From: an uncultured Acidimicrobiaceae bacterium | GTDB lineage: Bacteria; Actinomycetota; Acidimicrobiia; Acidimicrobiales; RAAP-2 | Reading direction: 5' to 3' | NCBI GenBank assembly: GCA_963717975.1 | Contig: OY970351.1 | Location: forward strand, 2,129,729-2,193,728 | Length of the DNA stretch: 64,000 bases | In this document: piece by piece, positions 34,692 to 44,566 of the stretch | Layout: every line of letters begins with the position of its first letter | Numbering within the stretch: position 1 is the first letter of the stretch | Translations under genes and position numbers: made by a program | The notes under the pieces: generated by a model | The model's input: the letters and a program-made list of their open reading frames with translations, nothing else | Told to the model about the DNA's origin: nothing | Database searches by the model: none

Positions 34692-35176
34692 AGCACACGT
34701 GGAAGATCCGCCTCGCCGAGCGTCGTGACGTCGCCGAACTACTCGTGATCGAGGAGGCGCAGTTCCCCGAACCGTGGACCCGAGCGGATCTTGCTCGACG
34801 AGATCGAGAACACCGAGACGCGCCGCTACACGGTCGCGACCGAGAAGACGTCGACATGGTCGGTTACCTCGGGGTCATGTTCGTGCTCGAAGAACTACAC
34901 GTCAACACGATCGGCACCACTGCCGCAACACGAGGGCGGGGCATCGCGACCTCGTTGTTCGACGACGCGTGGGCCGATGCGAGAGTTCGGGGTATCAAGC
35001 GTGCGACGTTGGAGGTCGCCGTCTCGAATCAGCGCGCCATCGATCTCTACTACCGCTACGGGTTTCGTCCGGTCGGGGTTCGAAAGAACTACTACGAGAA
35101 GAGCAACGAAGACGCCCTCATCCTCTGGGCCGATCTCACGAGTGAGCCCTCTGACCTGCCCCGTACGCTGGACTGA
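34688..35176 (+). CDS. rimI: Ribosomal-protein-alanine N-acetyltransferase (GNAT); an internal ~60 nt appears out of frame
   Basis: The ORF is open, but the family-like stretch [18 protein letters not shown] (34791 frame) sits in a different frame from the flanking PEPWTRADL and [11 protein letters not shown]...RGRGIAT. Confidence 0.75.
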   Translation: MKHTWKIRLAERRDVAELLVIEEAQFPEPWTRADLARRDREHRDAPLHGRDREDVDMVGYLGVMFVLEELHVNTIGTTAATRGRGIATSLFDDAWADARVRGIKRATLEVAVSNQRAIDLYYRYGFRPVGVRKNYYEKSNEDALILWADLTSEPSDLPRTLD

Positions 35177-36184
35177 TGGGCGTTGTCCTCGGCATCGAGA
35201 CGAGTTGTGACGAAACGGCCGCCTCCGTCGTTGACGAGGAGTTTCACGTCCTTTCGTCGGTCGTCGAGTCCTCGATCGACCAGCACCGGGCCTTCGGCGG
35301 GGTCGTGCCGGAGCTGGCCGGTCGCGCGCACGTCGCCACCATCGGCCCCGTCGTTCGCCGCGCGCTTGCGCGACGCCGGTCTCGATCCGCGCAATCCGGC
35401 GATCTTGGGGATCGCGGTCACGAGCGGACCGGGACTTATCGGTTCACTGCTCGTCGGGCTCTCGGCGGCCAAGGCCTACGCCCTGGCCTGGGGTGTGCCC
35501 TTCGTCGGGGTCAACCACCTCGAGGGCCATCTTTTCGCACCCTTGCTGGAGAATCCGGACTTGGACTGGCCGCTCATGACCCTGTTGGTGTCCGGTGGCC
35601 ACAGCCTGATCGTGCTGCAGTCAGGACCGGGTCAACACGTGGTTTTGGGCGAGACGATCGACGACGCCGCCGGCGAGGCCTACGACAAGGTGGCTCGCTG
35701 GCTCGGTCTCGGCTATCCCGGCGGACCGGAAATCGACCACTTGGCCCAGTCCGGCACCGCCGGATCCCTGAAACTCCCCCAGTCGATGACCGGCGAGGGC
35801 TACGACCTCTCCTTTTCGGGCTTGAAGACGGCGGTCGTTCGCGCGACCGAGCGGCAGCACGATCTGCCAATCGCGGACGTCGCGGCGTCGTTTCAGGCCG
35901 CGGTCGCCGAACAGCTCCTTCGAAAACTCCGAAGCGCCCTGGAACACCACCCCGTGCGCGGTCTCGCGCTCGCCGGCGGCGTCGCCGCAAACTCCGCACT
36001 TCGCGTCGGTGTCACCGAGCTGGCCCAGGAGTTCGGCGTGGCGGTTCATCTACCGACGATGGCCATGTGCACCGACAACGCCGCAATGATCGCGGCCGCC
36101 GGCACGTACCGCCTCCGTCACGACGGTCCGAGTTCCTTCGATCTCTCGGCCCGGCCGAACTGGCAGCTGGCGGACGTTCGGTGA
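35176..36184 (+). pseudogene. tsaD: tRNA N6-adenosine threonylcarbamoyltransferase TsaD, one frame disruption near 35358
   Basis: [19 protein letters not shown]...AGRAHV is in one frame. [17 protein letters not shown]...GVNHLEGH...SGGHS...[10 protein letters not shown] is in the frame of ORF 35183..36184. Confidence 0.85.
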
Positions 36185-36792
36185 GCGAACGGTGGAGGGC
36201 GTTGGAGATCGCGGACTGCGACTCGAATCCGCTCGTGCAGTTCCGACGATGGTTCGACGAGGCGATCGACGAGATGCCCGAGCGCGACGCGGTTTCGGTC
36301 GCGACCTCGACGCTCGAGGGACGGCCGAGCTCGCGGATGGTGTTGCTTCGACACGTTGACGATCACTCCGTCGGTTGGTTCACGAACTACGAATCGCGAA
36401 AGGGCGGCGAGCTCGCCGTCAACCCCTTCGCGTCGATTCTCTGGTACTGCGAGTCACTCGGTCGCCAGATTCGCATCGAGGGTGCGGTCGACAAGATGAC
36501 CGCCGAGGAATCCGACACGTACTTCGCGACGCGCGCTCGCGACAGTCAACTGGGCGCGCACGCGAGTGCTCAGAGTCACGTGATCGCGAGTCGAGAGGAA
36601 CTCGTCGAACGTGTGCGCGCGTTCGACGAGACGTTCCGCGGGCGTGACGTTCCCCGACCTGCGAACTGGGGTGGCTACCGCTTGACACCGAGTCGATTCG
36701 AGTTTTGGCAGCATCGCGAGAACCGACTACACGACCGCGTCGTCTACACGCTGACGAGTAATGGTTGGACGCTGCAACGTCAGGCGCCTTGA
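36181..36792 (+). CDS. pdxH: Pyridoxamine 5'-phosphate oxidase
   Basis: GTGA overlap with the tsaD stop. PSSRMVLLR...FTNYESRKG...IRIEG...YF..R...SQLGA...WGGYRL.P..FEFWQ. Confidence 0.88.
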   Translation: MSERWRALEIADCDSNPLVQFRRWFDEAIDEMPERDAVSVATSTLEGRPSSRMVLLRHVDDHSVGWFTNYESRKGGELAVNPFASILWYCESLGRQIRIEGAVDKMTAEESDTYFATRARDSQLGAHASAQSHVIASREELVERVRAFDETFRGRDVPRPANWGGYRLTPSRFEFWQHRENRLHDRVVYTLTSNGWTLQRQAP

Positions 36793-38006
36793 GTCGCCAT
36801 CTCCAATTTCTTCGCCGACCTCGTCGCGCGAAGCGCGAGTGGTCCGAGAAGTAACACGACGATCGTCGTCGCGATACCCGCGACTTGGAAGACGGTGCGC
36901 GGTGCGATGATCGTGAGGATCAATCCGCCGAAGACGGTGCCGAGGATCTCGGCGCTCGTGAAGACCGCACTACTCGCGGCGAACATCCGACCTCGTTGCG
37001 CTTCGGGTGTGCGCGTCGTCATCAACGTCGTCAATGTCACGTTCACCACACCGACCGCGACGCCCATGATCACGAGTATCGGAAAGAGATAGCCCACGTG
37101 TTCAACGAGGCCGATGAGTCCCACGAATACCGCGATCACGATGGAACTCCACAGCGACGCCGTCGCAAGCGGAACGTCTTGTTGTTTGACCTTGGCCGAG
37201 GCGACCGCACCCACGATGTTGCCGACACCGAAGCTCGTCCCGACCAGTCCGTACATCAGCGCCGAGGAGTGCAGCGTCTTGGTGATGAAGAAGACCTCGG
37301 CCACGTTGATCATCACGAGCGCCAACAAGAACACCACGAACATCACGACGAGTGGTCGAAGGACGCGGTCAGCGAAAAGCACGCGCATACCGGCGCCGAG
37401 GTCGCGCTCACCCTTCTTCGGACGTTCGAGTGCGGGATCCGGTCGTCGATCGGTCACGAGGAACCACGTGCCGATCGCGCCCAGTCCGAAACTGATCGCG
37501 TCGAAATACATCGGCCAACTCTGTCCGAGCAGCCCGACGAGGAGGCCACCGAGACCGGGACCAGCGACCGCGGCGATCCCCTGTACCGATTGCATGGTCG
37601 AGTTCGCGGTCGTGAGATTCTCTTCGCCGGCGATCTTCGGCACGAGCGCGGAGTACCCCGGGAATGAAAATGCGACGAAACAACTGAGTAGGGCCATCAG
37701 AGCAATCGTGACGATCGTCCCGTGCCAGAGCCCGATTCCAACACAAACGAGGCCCTCGAAAAAACAAAGTATGACCAACAATCGCTTCACCGGCGTGTGA
37801 TCGATGATGAAGCCTGAAATTGGCGATAAAAGCACCAGTGGCAACGACGCCGCGATTGAGAGCGACGCGATGGCCCAGCTTGCGTGCGCCCCGTGAGCCA
37901 GACGAAGATAGAGGGCGATCAACGCAATGGCGTCGCCGAGATACGAGACACCGCGAAGTATCGCGACCAGGATGAGGTCGCGTCGCTGCACTGCTGAGAA
38001 GGTCAC
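36780..38006 (-). CDS. MFS transporter
   Basis: 408 aa, about 12 predicted TM segments. GTG start. Confidence 0.85.
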   Translation of the reverse strand: MTFSAVQRRDLILVAILRGVSYLGDAIALIALYLRLAHGAHASWAIASLSIAASLPLVLLSPISGFIIDHTPVKRLLVILCFFEGLVCVGIGLWHGTIVTIALMALLSCFVAFSFPGYSALVPKIAGEENLTTANSTMQSVQGIAAVAGPGLGGLLVGLLGQSWPMYFDAISFGLGAIGTWFLVTDRRPDPALERPKKGERDLGAGMRVLFADRVLRPLVVMFVVFLLALVMINVAEVFFITKTLHSSALMYGLVGTSFGVGNIVGAVASAKVKQQDVPLATASLWSSIVIAVFVGLIGLVEHVGYLFPILVIMGVAVGVVNVTLTTLMTTRTPEAQRGRMFAASSAVFTSAEILGTVFGGLILTIIAPRTVFQVAGIATTIVVLLLGPLALRATRSAKKLEMATQGA

Positions 38007-38036
38007 GGAGTCAGGCTAACCACGCCGTGATCTCTG

Positions 38037-38063
38037 TTGGCACTCGGGGCCTTAGGCTGCTAA
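38037..38063 (+). promoter_or_regulatory. CIRCE-like HrcA operator 1 (imperfect)
   Basis: TTGGCACTC-N9-GGCTGCTAA, compared with consensus TTAGCACTC-N9-GAGTGCTAA. Overlaps a possible -35 TTGGCA / -10 TAAATT. Confidence 0.55.
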
Positions 38064-38064
38064 A

Positions 38065-38091
38065 TTGGCAGTCGGAAGATTCGAGTGCCAA
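38065..38091 (+). promoter_or_regulatory. CIRCE-like HrcA operator 2
   Basis: TTGGCAGTC-N9-GAGTGCCAA, 20 nt upstream of the groES ATG. Confidence 0.65.
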
Positions 38092-38110
38092 AAGCACAGG
38101 AGGCAAGAAA

Positions 38111-38407
38111 ATGAAGTTGCACCCATTGGAAGACCGCATCGTGGTTCGTCCGGACGTCGCCGAAGCAACCACGGCATCAGGCCTGGTCATTCCCGACACC
38201 GCGAAGGAGAAGCCGCAGCAGGGTGAAGTGTTGGCTGCGGGTCCCGGACGTCGCAGTGACACCACGGGTGATGTGATTCCTACCGGCGTCAAGGTCGGCG
38301 ACACGGTCGTGTACTCGAAGTACGGCGGCACCGAGATCACCATCGACGGCGAGGACCTTTTGATCCTGTCCGGCCGCGACGTACTGGCAACGATCGCTAA
38401 GAAGTAG
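38111..38407 (+). CDS. groES: Co-chaperonin GroES
   Basis: ORF 38027..38407 trimmed to ATG 38111 (SD GGAGG). [11 protein letters not shown]...GEVLAAGPG. Confidence 0.96.
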   Translation: MKLHPLEDRIVVRPDVAEATTASGLVIPDTAKEKPQQGEVLAAGPGRRSDTTGDVIPTGVKVGDTVVYSKYGGTEITIDGEDLLILSGRDVLATIAKK

Positions 38408-38427
38408 TCGGGCGCCTCCATTTCTAG

Positions 38428-40077
<1,650 letters not shown>

Positions 40078-40112
40078 TTACTTGACCCCCCCCGGGGGGG
40101 TAGGGTACTCTC

Positions 40113-40149
40113 AAGAATCCGAGTCGTTCGCGACTCGGATTCTTCATTT
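40113..40149 (+). terminator. Rho-independent terminator of groES-groEL
   Basis: AAGAATCCGAGTCG-ttcg-CGACTCGGATTCTT, a perfect 14-bp stem, followed by CATTT. Confidence 0.85.
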
Positions 40150-40355
40150 GGAACCGTATTCGATCGTCCGATCGTTGAGCGTTCGATCGCCGCGCCCAGC
40201 TAGCAGATGCCGCGACTGGATTCGAAGGCTCAATTAGGGTCCAGACGAGCGTTCTTGTTCTCGATACCTCGGATTCTCTGATTTGACCAGATTCGAAGTC
40301 ATTTGACGAGTACGAAGCCGCTGATCCTTTAATTACTTGGGTATTGGGGAAAGTC

Positions 40356-40371
40356 CTCCGGTCCCATCAGG
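40356..40371. repeat. Core copy R1
   Basis: CTCCGGTCCCATCAGG. Confidence 0.9.
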
Positions 40372-40627
40372 AAGAATGGAACAAATATAGGATTCGTTGG
40401 AATATCAACGTTTTCTACGTCTTTAAGGATGGATTCCAGACCTAGGGTCACCTCGGGGCCGAGTTGGGTTCCGCTTGATTCCCACGTCGCGGCGAATTTC
40501 GAATCCCGACTTGCCGAAGCACCTCGATCACATGGAACCTGCTTTCGCCTCCCACGAATGACCCGAAGAGAGGCGCAATGCGACAGTCTGCCCGCTTCCA
40601 GTGATTTACTGGTGCAACTCGGCTTGC

Positions 40628-40643
40628 TTCCGGTCCCATCAGG
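40628..40643. repeat. Core copy R2
   Basis: TTCCGGTCCCATCAGG. Confidence 0.9.
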
Positions 40644-40913
40644 GATAACACTCTCATTCATGGAAAGTCAGAGGTTTGCCAGAGAAAGACGGCCATTTGG
40701 GCGGCAGAAGACCGACATTAGGTGGATCTGGAGGCCGATCTTGACTCCCGCAGTTGCTCCATGGGGCCGGCAGTTGTCGTCGCCGCAAGACCGCGAGCTG
40801 GTCACGAACTTTGTTCTCAATTGGACGCGCCAAAGAACCAATCTGGGTGCTTCTGGACTTGGTCAGGTCGGAATCGACCGATTTGGTCGATTCATTGGGT
40901 TCCAATCCATATG

Positions 40914-40929
40914 TTCCGGTCCCACCAGG
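40914..40929. repeat. Core copy R3
   Basis: TTCCGGTCCCACCAGG. Confidence 0.9.
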
Positions 40930-41179
40930 AAAAACAGAAACGCACTGAATACTTGGGATCTACGGGCTCAGGGCACCGTGACATGGATTTCGGGCTTCGT
41001 TTGAGGGCCAATCAGACGATCTACGCACGGGTTGAGGGCCTGGTGCCAGGGCTGGAAGATCCCTCCGGATACGGATGTCGGTCTCAAACCTTCCCTTTGA
41101 CGGAATTCCAAGAATGCGTTTACGTCACAGGGTTCGAAGTATCTCGTTTTGGCCCAATTACTGGACTCCGTACCCAGTG

Positions 41180-41195
41180 CTCCGGTCCCACCAGG
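41180..41195. repeat. Core copy R4
   Basis: CTCCGGTCCCACCAGG. Confidence 0.9.
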
Positions 41196-41445
41196 TATTT
41201 CAGTCTGGCACTTCATTCGCCCGACTTTTCAAGGAGAATCGCTCTCAGCCGCGAAATTTCCGCCATATTCCATGAGTGCGAGGTCACACGTACGGACGCG
41301 GGAAAGGTTGTCTACAGGCCCCAAAAGTCTGATTCGGGCCCGTCTCGAATCGAAAAGGAGACAGCTGGCCTCAACTCTGATAATCCACTCACTTTCAGCC
41401 CAAGTTGGACGCGATATTCGGACTTTAGAGCCACAAGAGGTCATG

Positions 41446-41461
41446 TTCCGGTCCCATCAGG
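41446..41461. repeat. Core copy R5
   Basis: TTCCGGTCCCATCAGG. Confidence 0.9.
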
Positions 41462-41783
41462 GAAAACCGATATTTACTGCAAATCACTGGATCTATGACT
41501 TTCGAGCGATATTGGGTTCCTTTCGAAGTCCTGCAAAATGAGATGATCCGACGAAAAGGACCGCGGCACATGAAATCCAATGCCAGCATCGAATTAGCTC
41601 GGATTTATCCGAGATCACTGGATTCTCGGCGATGGACGTGCCGGACGTCCAAATGTGACGGCCCCAACACGCCATAGAGAGATCCTCGAACGCGGGTCGA
41701 CAAGGGAGGGGATTCACTCCAAGTCGCTGTGATTTGCCGGTAAAATCGTAACTCGCGGCGATTGCTGGCATTTTCGGAGGGTA

Positions 41784-41799
41784 CTCCGGTCCCATCAGG
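41784..41799. repeat. Core copy R6
   Basis: CTCCGGTCCCATCAGG. Confidence 0.9.
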
Positions 41800-42066
41800 A
41801 AAAATGAAATTACTGTTTTCGGACCAGTAAACCCTTGTATTTCAATGACGATCGGTCTCAGGAACCCGCTTTTTGTGGGGATCGAGCGTGTCACGGGATA
41901 CCCGCCGCGGATCGTTCGAACACAGTGCCAAATGGCGGATCATGGTCATTGAAGTCGTCCAAATTCCCATTCTTTCGCTGCATCCAAATGGCCGAATCGA
42001 TCCCAACGCGGAATCGGAGGCCGGATTTGCACCCTTAAGGCGAAATACGGACTCTTCTGAGGTGTG

Positions 42067-42082
42067 CTCCGGTCCCATCAGG
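42067..42082. repeat. Core copy R7
   Basis: CTCCGGTCCCATCAGG. Confidence 0.9.
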
Positions 42083-42480
42083 AAGAACGAAATCGCCGTA
42101 CGGGCTCTCAAAGGGCATATTTCGGGCCTTCTTCGACCTCGAATTGCGCAAATTGGTGAGATCTCCAACTCGTCGGTTCGCCTGATTCTCATCCACGAAC
42201 GGCATCGACGGATGCGGAGCGATCATTGCAGCTTTTCGAAGAGGGGGGTGCCCAGGAGGACGAACCATCAGATCGGTCACCCATAGCGTGGTCGAATGTC
42301 TGCCAACGGCTGTGCGATGTCGCGCAGCTGCAAAACGGGTCTCGACGGCCTTCCAATCGGTCAACTTCATCACGACCGGGGGACTGAAATTGGCCTCTGG
42401 TATGTATCAAATGGCGGTGAAAACGGTTGGAAGTGGAAAGGACCTAAAACTCAATGAATAACTGGAGTCTTCAAATACGG

Positions 42481-42496
42481 CTCCGGTCCCATCAGG
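42481..42496. repeat. Core copy R8
   Basis: CTCCGGTCCCATCAGG. Confidence 0.9.
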
Positions 42497-43031
42497 TAAA
42501 ATAAGCTCTACGCCTCTTGTCCGACATTTTCCCTGATTTTATTGGGAAAATCCAAGTAAAGGTCGAAGTTCATCTGGAGGCAATGACTCAGTCTCACTCC
42601 ATGAGATCGAGTAGCCCAAGTTGGCAATGTAATGAAAACCGTGCCCGTCCGTTGCACTACTAGGGCACGACCATGGCTTGGAAGTCCCAAGTCGCAAGGA
42701 GCTTTAGGACTCCTAATCTGACTTGAAATGAGCGAATCCCTCCGGTTGGCCTGGTTCCGATCCCTGCAGGCGCATTAATCCTCCTCGAGGCGGAGTCGTG
42801 AGCTATGGCCTGGCCAAATCGCTTCGGAAGTAGCTGATTTTCGCCTACTTCGGTCGGGTAAGCATTCCAGTCGACGGCGAGGACTGAGAATCGCCGATTT
42901 CTTGACCGGGACCCCTCGTTTTCAGGGTGTGCCCCAGGATTAGTTCGTCAAGGTCATCGTTCATGACCGTCTTAGGTATCTGAGCGATTTTTGGTGTGAT
43001 TTCAAGACTTTTAAGCGGCCCAACTCGGTCT

Positions 43032-43047
43032 CTCCGGTCCCACCAGG
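43032..43047. repeat. Core copy R9
   Basis: CTCCGGTCCCACCAGG. Confidence 0.9.
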
Positions 43048-43543
43048 GATATTACGCGTTTGGACAATCACCTAATGAACGCAAGGTAACTGCGCGATTT
43101 AGCCTGTTCTGCCGGCGATCCTTGAGGAATCTTCGGTTCTTTGGAACCGGAGATCCTCCAACGGTATTGAACGGATCGGCCAGGTCAATCTCGAACCAGA
43201 GACGACTCACTTGGTGCACAACACAAAGTGGCATCGGCGACTCCTAAAGCGAATCACCCGAATCCCCGCCCGCCTCTTCGCGCCCCTTGGTGAAGATCTT
43301 GGAAACTGCTCGAAGTGCAGTGTTCAATCTCAAGTTGCGATGGATGTCTCCGAGACTCAGAAATCTCCACCCTGGGGACCCGACTGATTCACTGGTCCGA
43401 ATTTCGAGGATTGATGATGCTCGACGAAGCACTCTCGTACTTTCGCGAATAGGCGACTCTGCGCGCTGATGGTCGACGTCCAAACGGGACCAGAAAGCCA
43501 CTTTTCGTCTCCAATGACACGAAATCGGCTTGTCAGGGGGTCG

Positions 43544-43559
43544 CGCCGGTCCCATCAGG
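43544..43559. repeat. Core copy R10
   Basis: CGCCGGTCCCATCAGG. Confidence 0.85.
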
Positions 43560-43906
43560 GATGTTGAATTCAATACGATCGTCAATGCGCGGTGATATGG
43601 CGCAATCGGTGGGATAACTTGCCGGTGCAATATTCCTGATGCGACGGGGATAGTCGCCCAGTGACGTTGTTTTGGGCTAACGAGGTCGATTATTGATCCG
43701 TCAGACGGGCGCCATACGGGCAACGACGACCGAATCCTCCCTCAGCGACACCAACGTCAATGCCATCTGATTCGAGGCTTTTCATGCCGGTGGCGCTTCC
43801 CGGTCAAACTCATCGCGCGATCGGAGACGTCGGGGGGATGGGGTTGGAACCGGGTCCACCCAAACAATCGAAGGTCCGGGCTCTCCGTACGTTCGGAGTC
43901 TCGTCA

Positions 43907-43922
43907 CTCCGGTCTCATCATT
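43907..43922. repeat. Core copy R11 (degenerate, 13/16)
   Basis: CTCCGGTCTCATCATT. Confidence 0.5.
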
Positions 43923-44149
43923 GATTCGGACGCATGACTGGCTACGACCAACGTCTCGTGCCGCAGTGCGCCATCGAATGAACACCTGGACAGAATCCGG
44001 GACTCCGGCCAACTGTCCGGCACCGGTGAGCTGGAAGGCGACGCTGAGAAACTCTTCGCAACGTGCCGACTGGCAAATCACAACCATTTGACAACGCGGA
44101 AACTTTCTTGTAGAACTAATGCCTGCAAGGGCGGAATTGGGGACTGGAA

Positions 44150-44566
44150 GTGTCAATCACCAAAGGTTCGCCGAAGCTCGGCGAACACGCCAAGCCGTCG
44201 CAGCCCTACGCGTCCGTGACGGAAGATTCGTTACGCGGCCTCTACGTTCAGACCAGCATCTCGCGTGCCTCGCGTGCCGCGGAGCTCGGTCGTTTCCTCA
44301 ACATCGACGAGACGACCTTCGCGACGCCCAAGGACGGGCGTGCTCGAGACCATGGCACGACGAGCGGGCCACACCACGAGAGCGATGCGACCGGTCCCAT
44401 CCTCGATGCCGTCGTCGCTGACTCGAAGGCCGACCTGGAATATCTCCACGTCCCCGAACCCGTCGGTGGGGTCCAACAGTGGTGGGCGCGGATGCTCATC
44501 GCGACGCCATCGCATTCCCGCCCGGAATCGCCGGATCACTCGACTCTCAAAGTGACGGCTTCATAG
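44150..44566 (+). CDS. Hypothetical protein (weak call)
   Basis: 138-aa ORF with GC-rich third codon positions where GC content rises again. No recognisable family. Contains an 11-nt partial match to the repeat core. Confidence 0.35.
   Translation: MSITKGSPKLGEHAKPSQPYASVTEDSLRGLYVQTSISRASRAAELGRFLNIDETTFATPKDGRARDHGTTSGPHHESDATGPILDAVVADSKADLEYLHVPEPVGGVQQWWARMLIATPSHSRPESPDHSTLKVTAS

Larger units (their letters stand above)
40356..43922. repeat. Array of 11 direct copies of a 16-nt core YTCCGGTCCCAYCAGG, separated by 250-535 bp of unit-specific sequence
   Basis: Core starts are 40356, 40628, 40914, 41180, 41446, 41784, 42067, 42481, 43032, 43544 and 43907 (degenerate). All have the same orientation. 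An invariant A sits 2 nt after the core and is followed by an A-rich tract. Confidence 0.9.

Noticed and set aside
35176-36792. 538-aa ORF that looks like a TsaD-PdxH fusion protein
   Set aside because: Only the first ~60 and last ~200 residues are family-like. The Arg/Pro-rich middle is the wrong frame of tsaD. It is an artefact of the frameshift near 35358 plus the GTGA overlap with pdxH.
40429-41541. Long plus-strand ORFs in the island (191 aa at 40429..41004, 258 aa at 40722..41498, 130 aa at 41149..41541)
   Set aside because: They overlap each other and minus-strand ORFs. They cross successive repeat cores in three different frames (FRSHQ, SGPT, VPVPSG), lack an SD, and have atypical composition. 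The open frames are better explained by scarcity of stop trinucleotides.
40356-43559. Hammerhead-type ribozyme, because the minus strand of the core reads CUGAUGGG
   Set aside because: The catalytic core requires CUGAUGA. Every copy has G at the last position, and three copies read CUGGUGGG. I found no GAAA element or stem I/II/III arrangement.
40356-43922. CRISPR array
   Set aside because: The repeat core is only 16 nt with no internal dyad. The intervening segments are 250-535 bp rather than 25-50 bp. No cas genes or leader are present in the window.
40356-43922. Integron cassette array or CALIN (attC sites)
   Set aside because: There are no RYYYAAC / GTTRRRY boxes or imperfect-palindrome attC architecture around the cores. 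No intI or attI is present. Only the spacing and low GC are reminiscent of an integron.
40150-44120. tRNA or tmRNA genes, or a tRNA-derived att site, suggested by GGTTCGAA/GAATCC words
   Set aside because: No cloverleaf-compatible arrangement (acceptor stem, T-loop GTTCRANYC with a matching stem) could be assembled around any of these words.
43244-44156. Minus-strand ORFs 43244..43723 (159 aa) and 43782..44156 (124 aa)
   Set aside because: Each reads straight through a repeat core (R10 and R11). Neither has a recognisable family or an SD. Composition is intermediate, so both are treated as non-coding.
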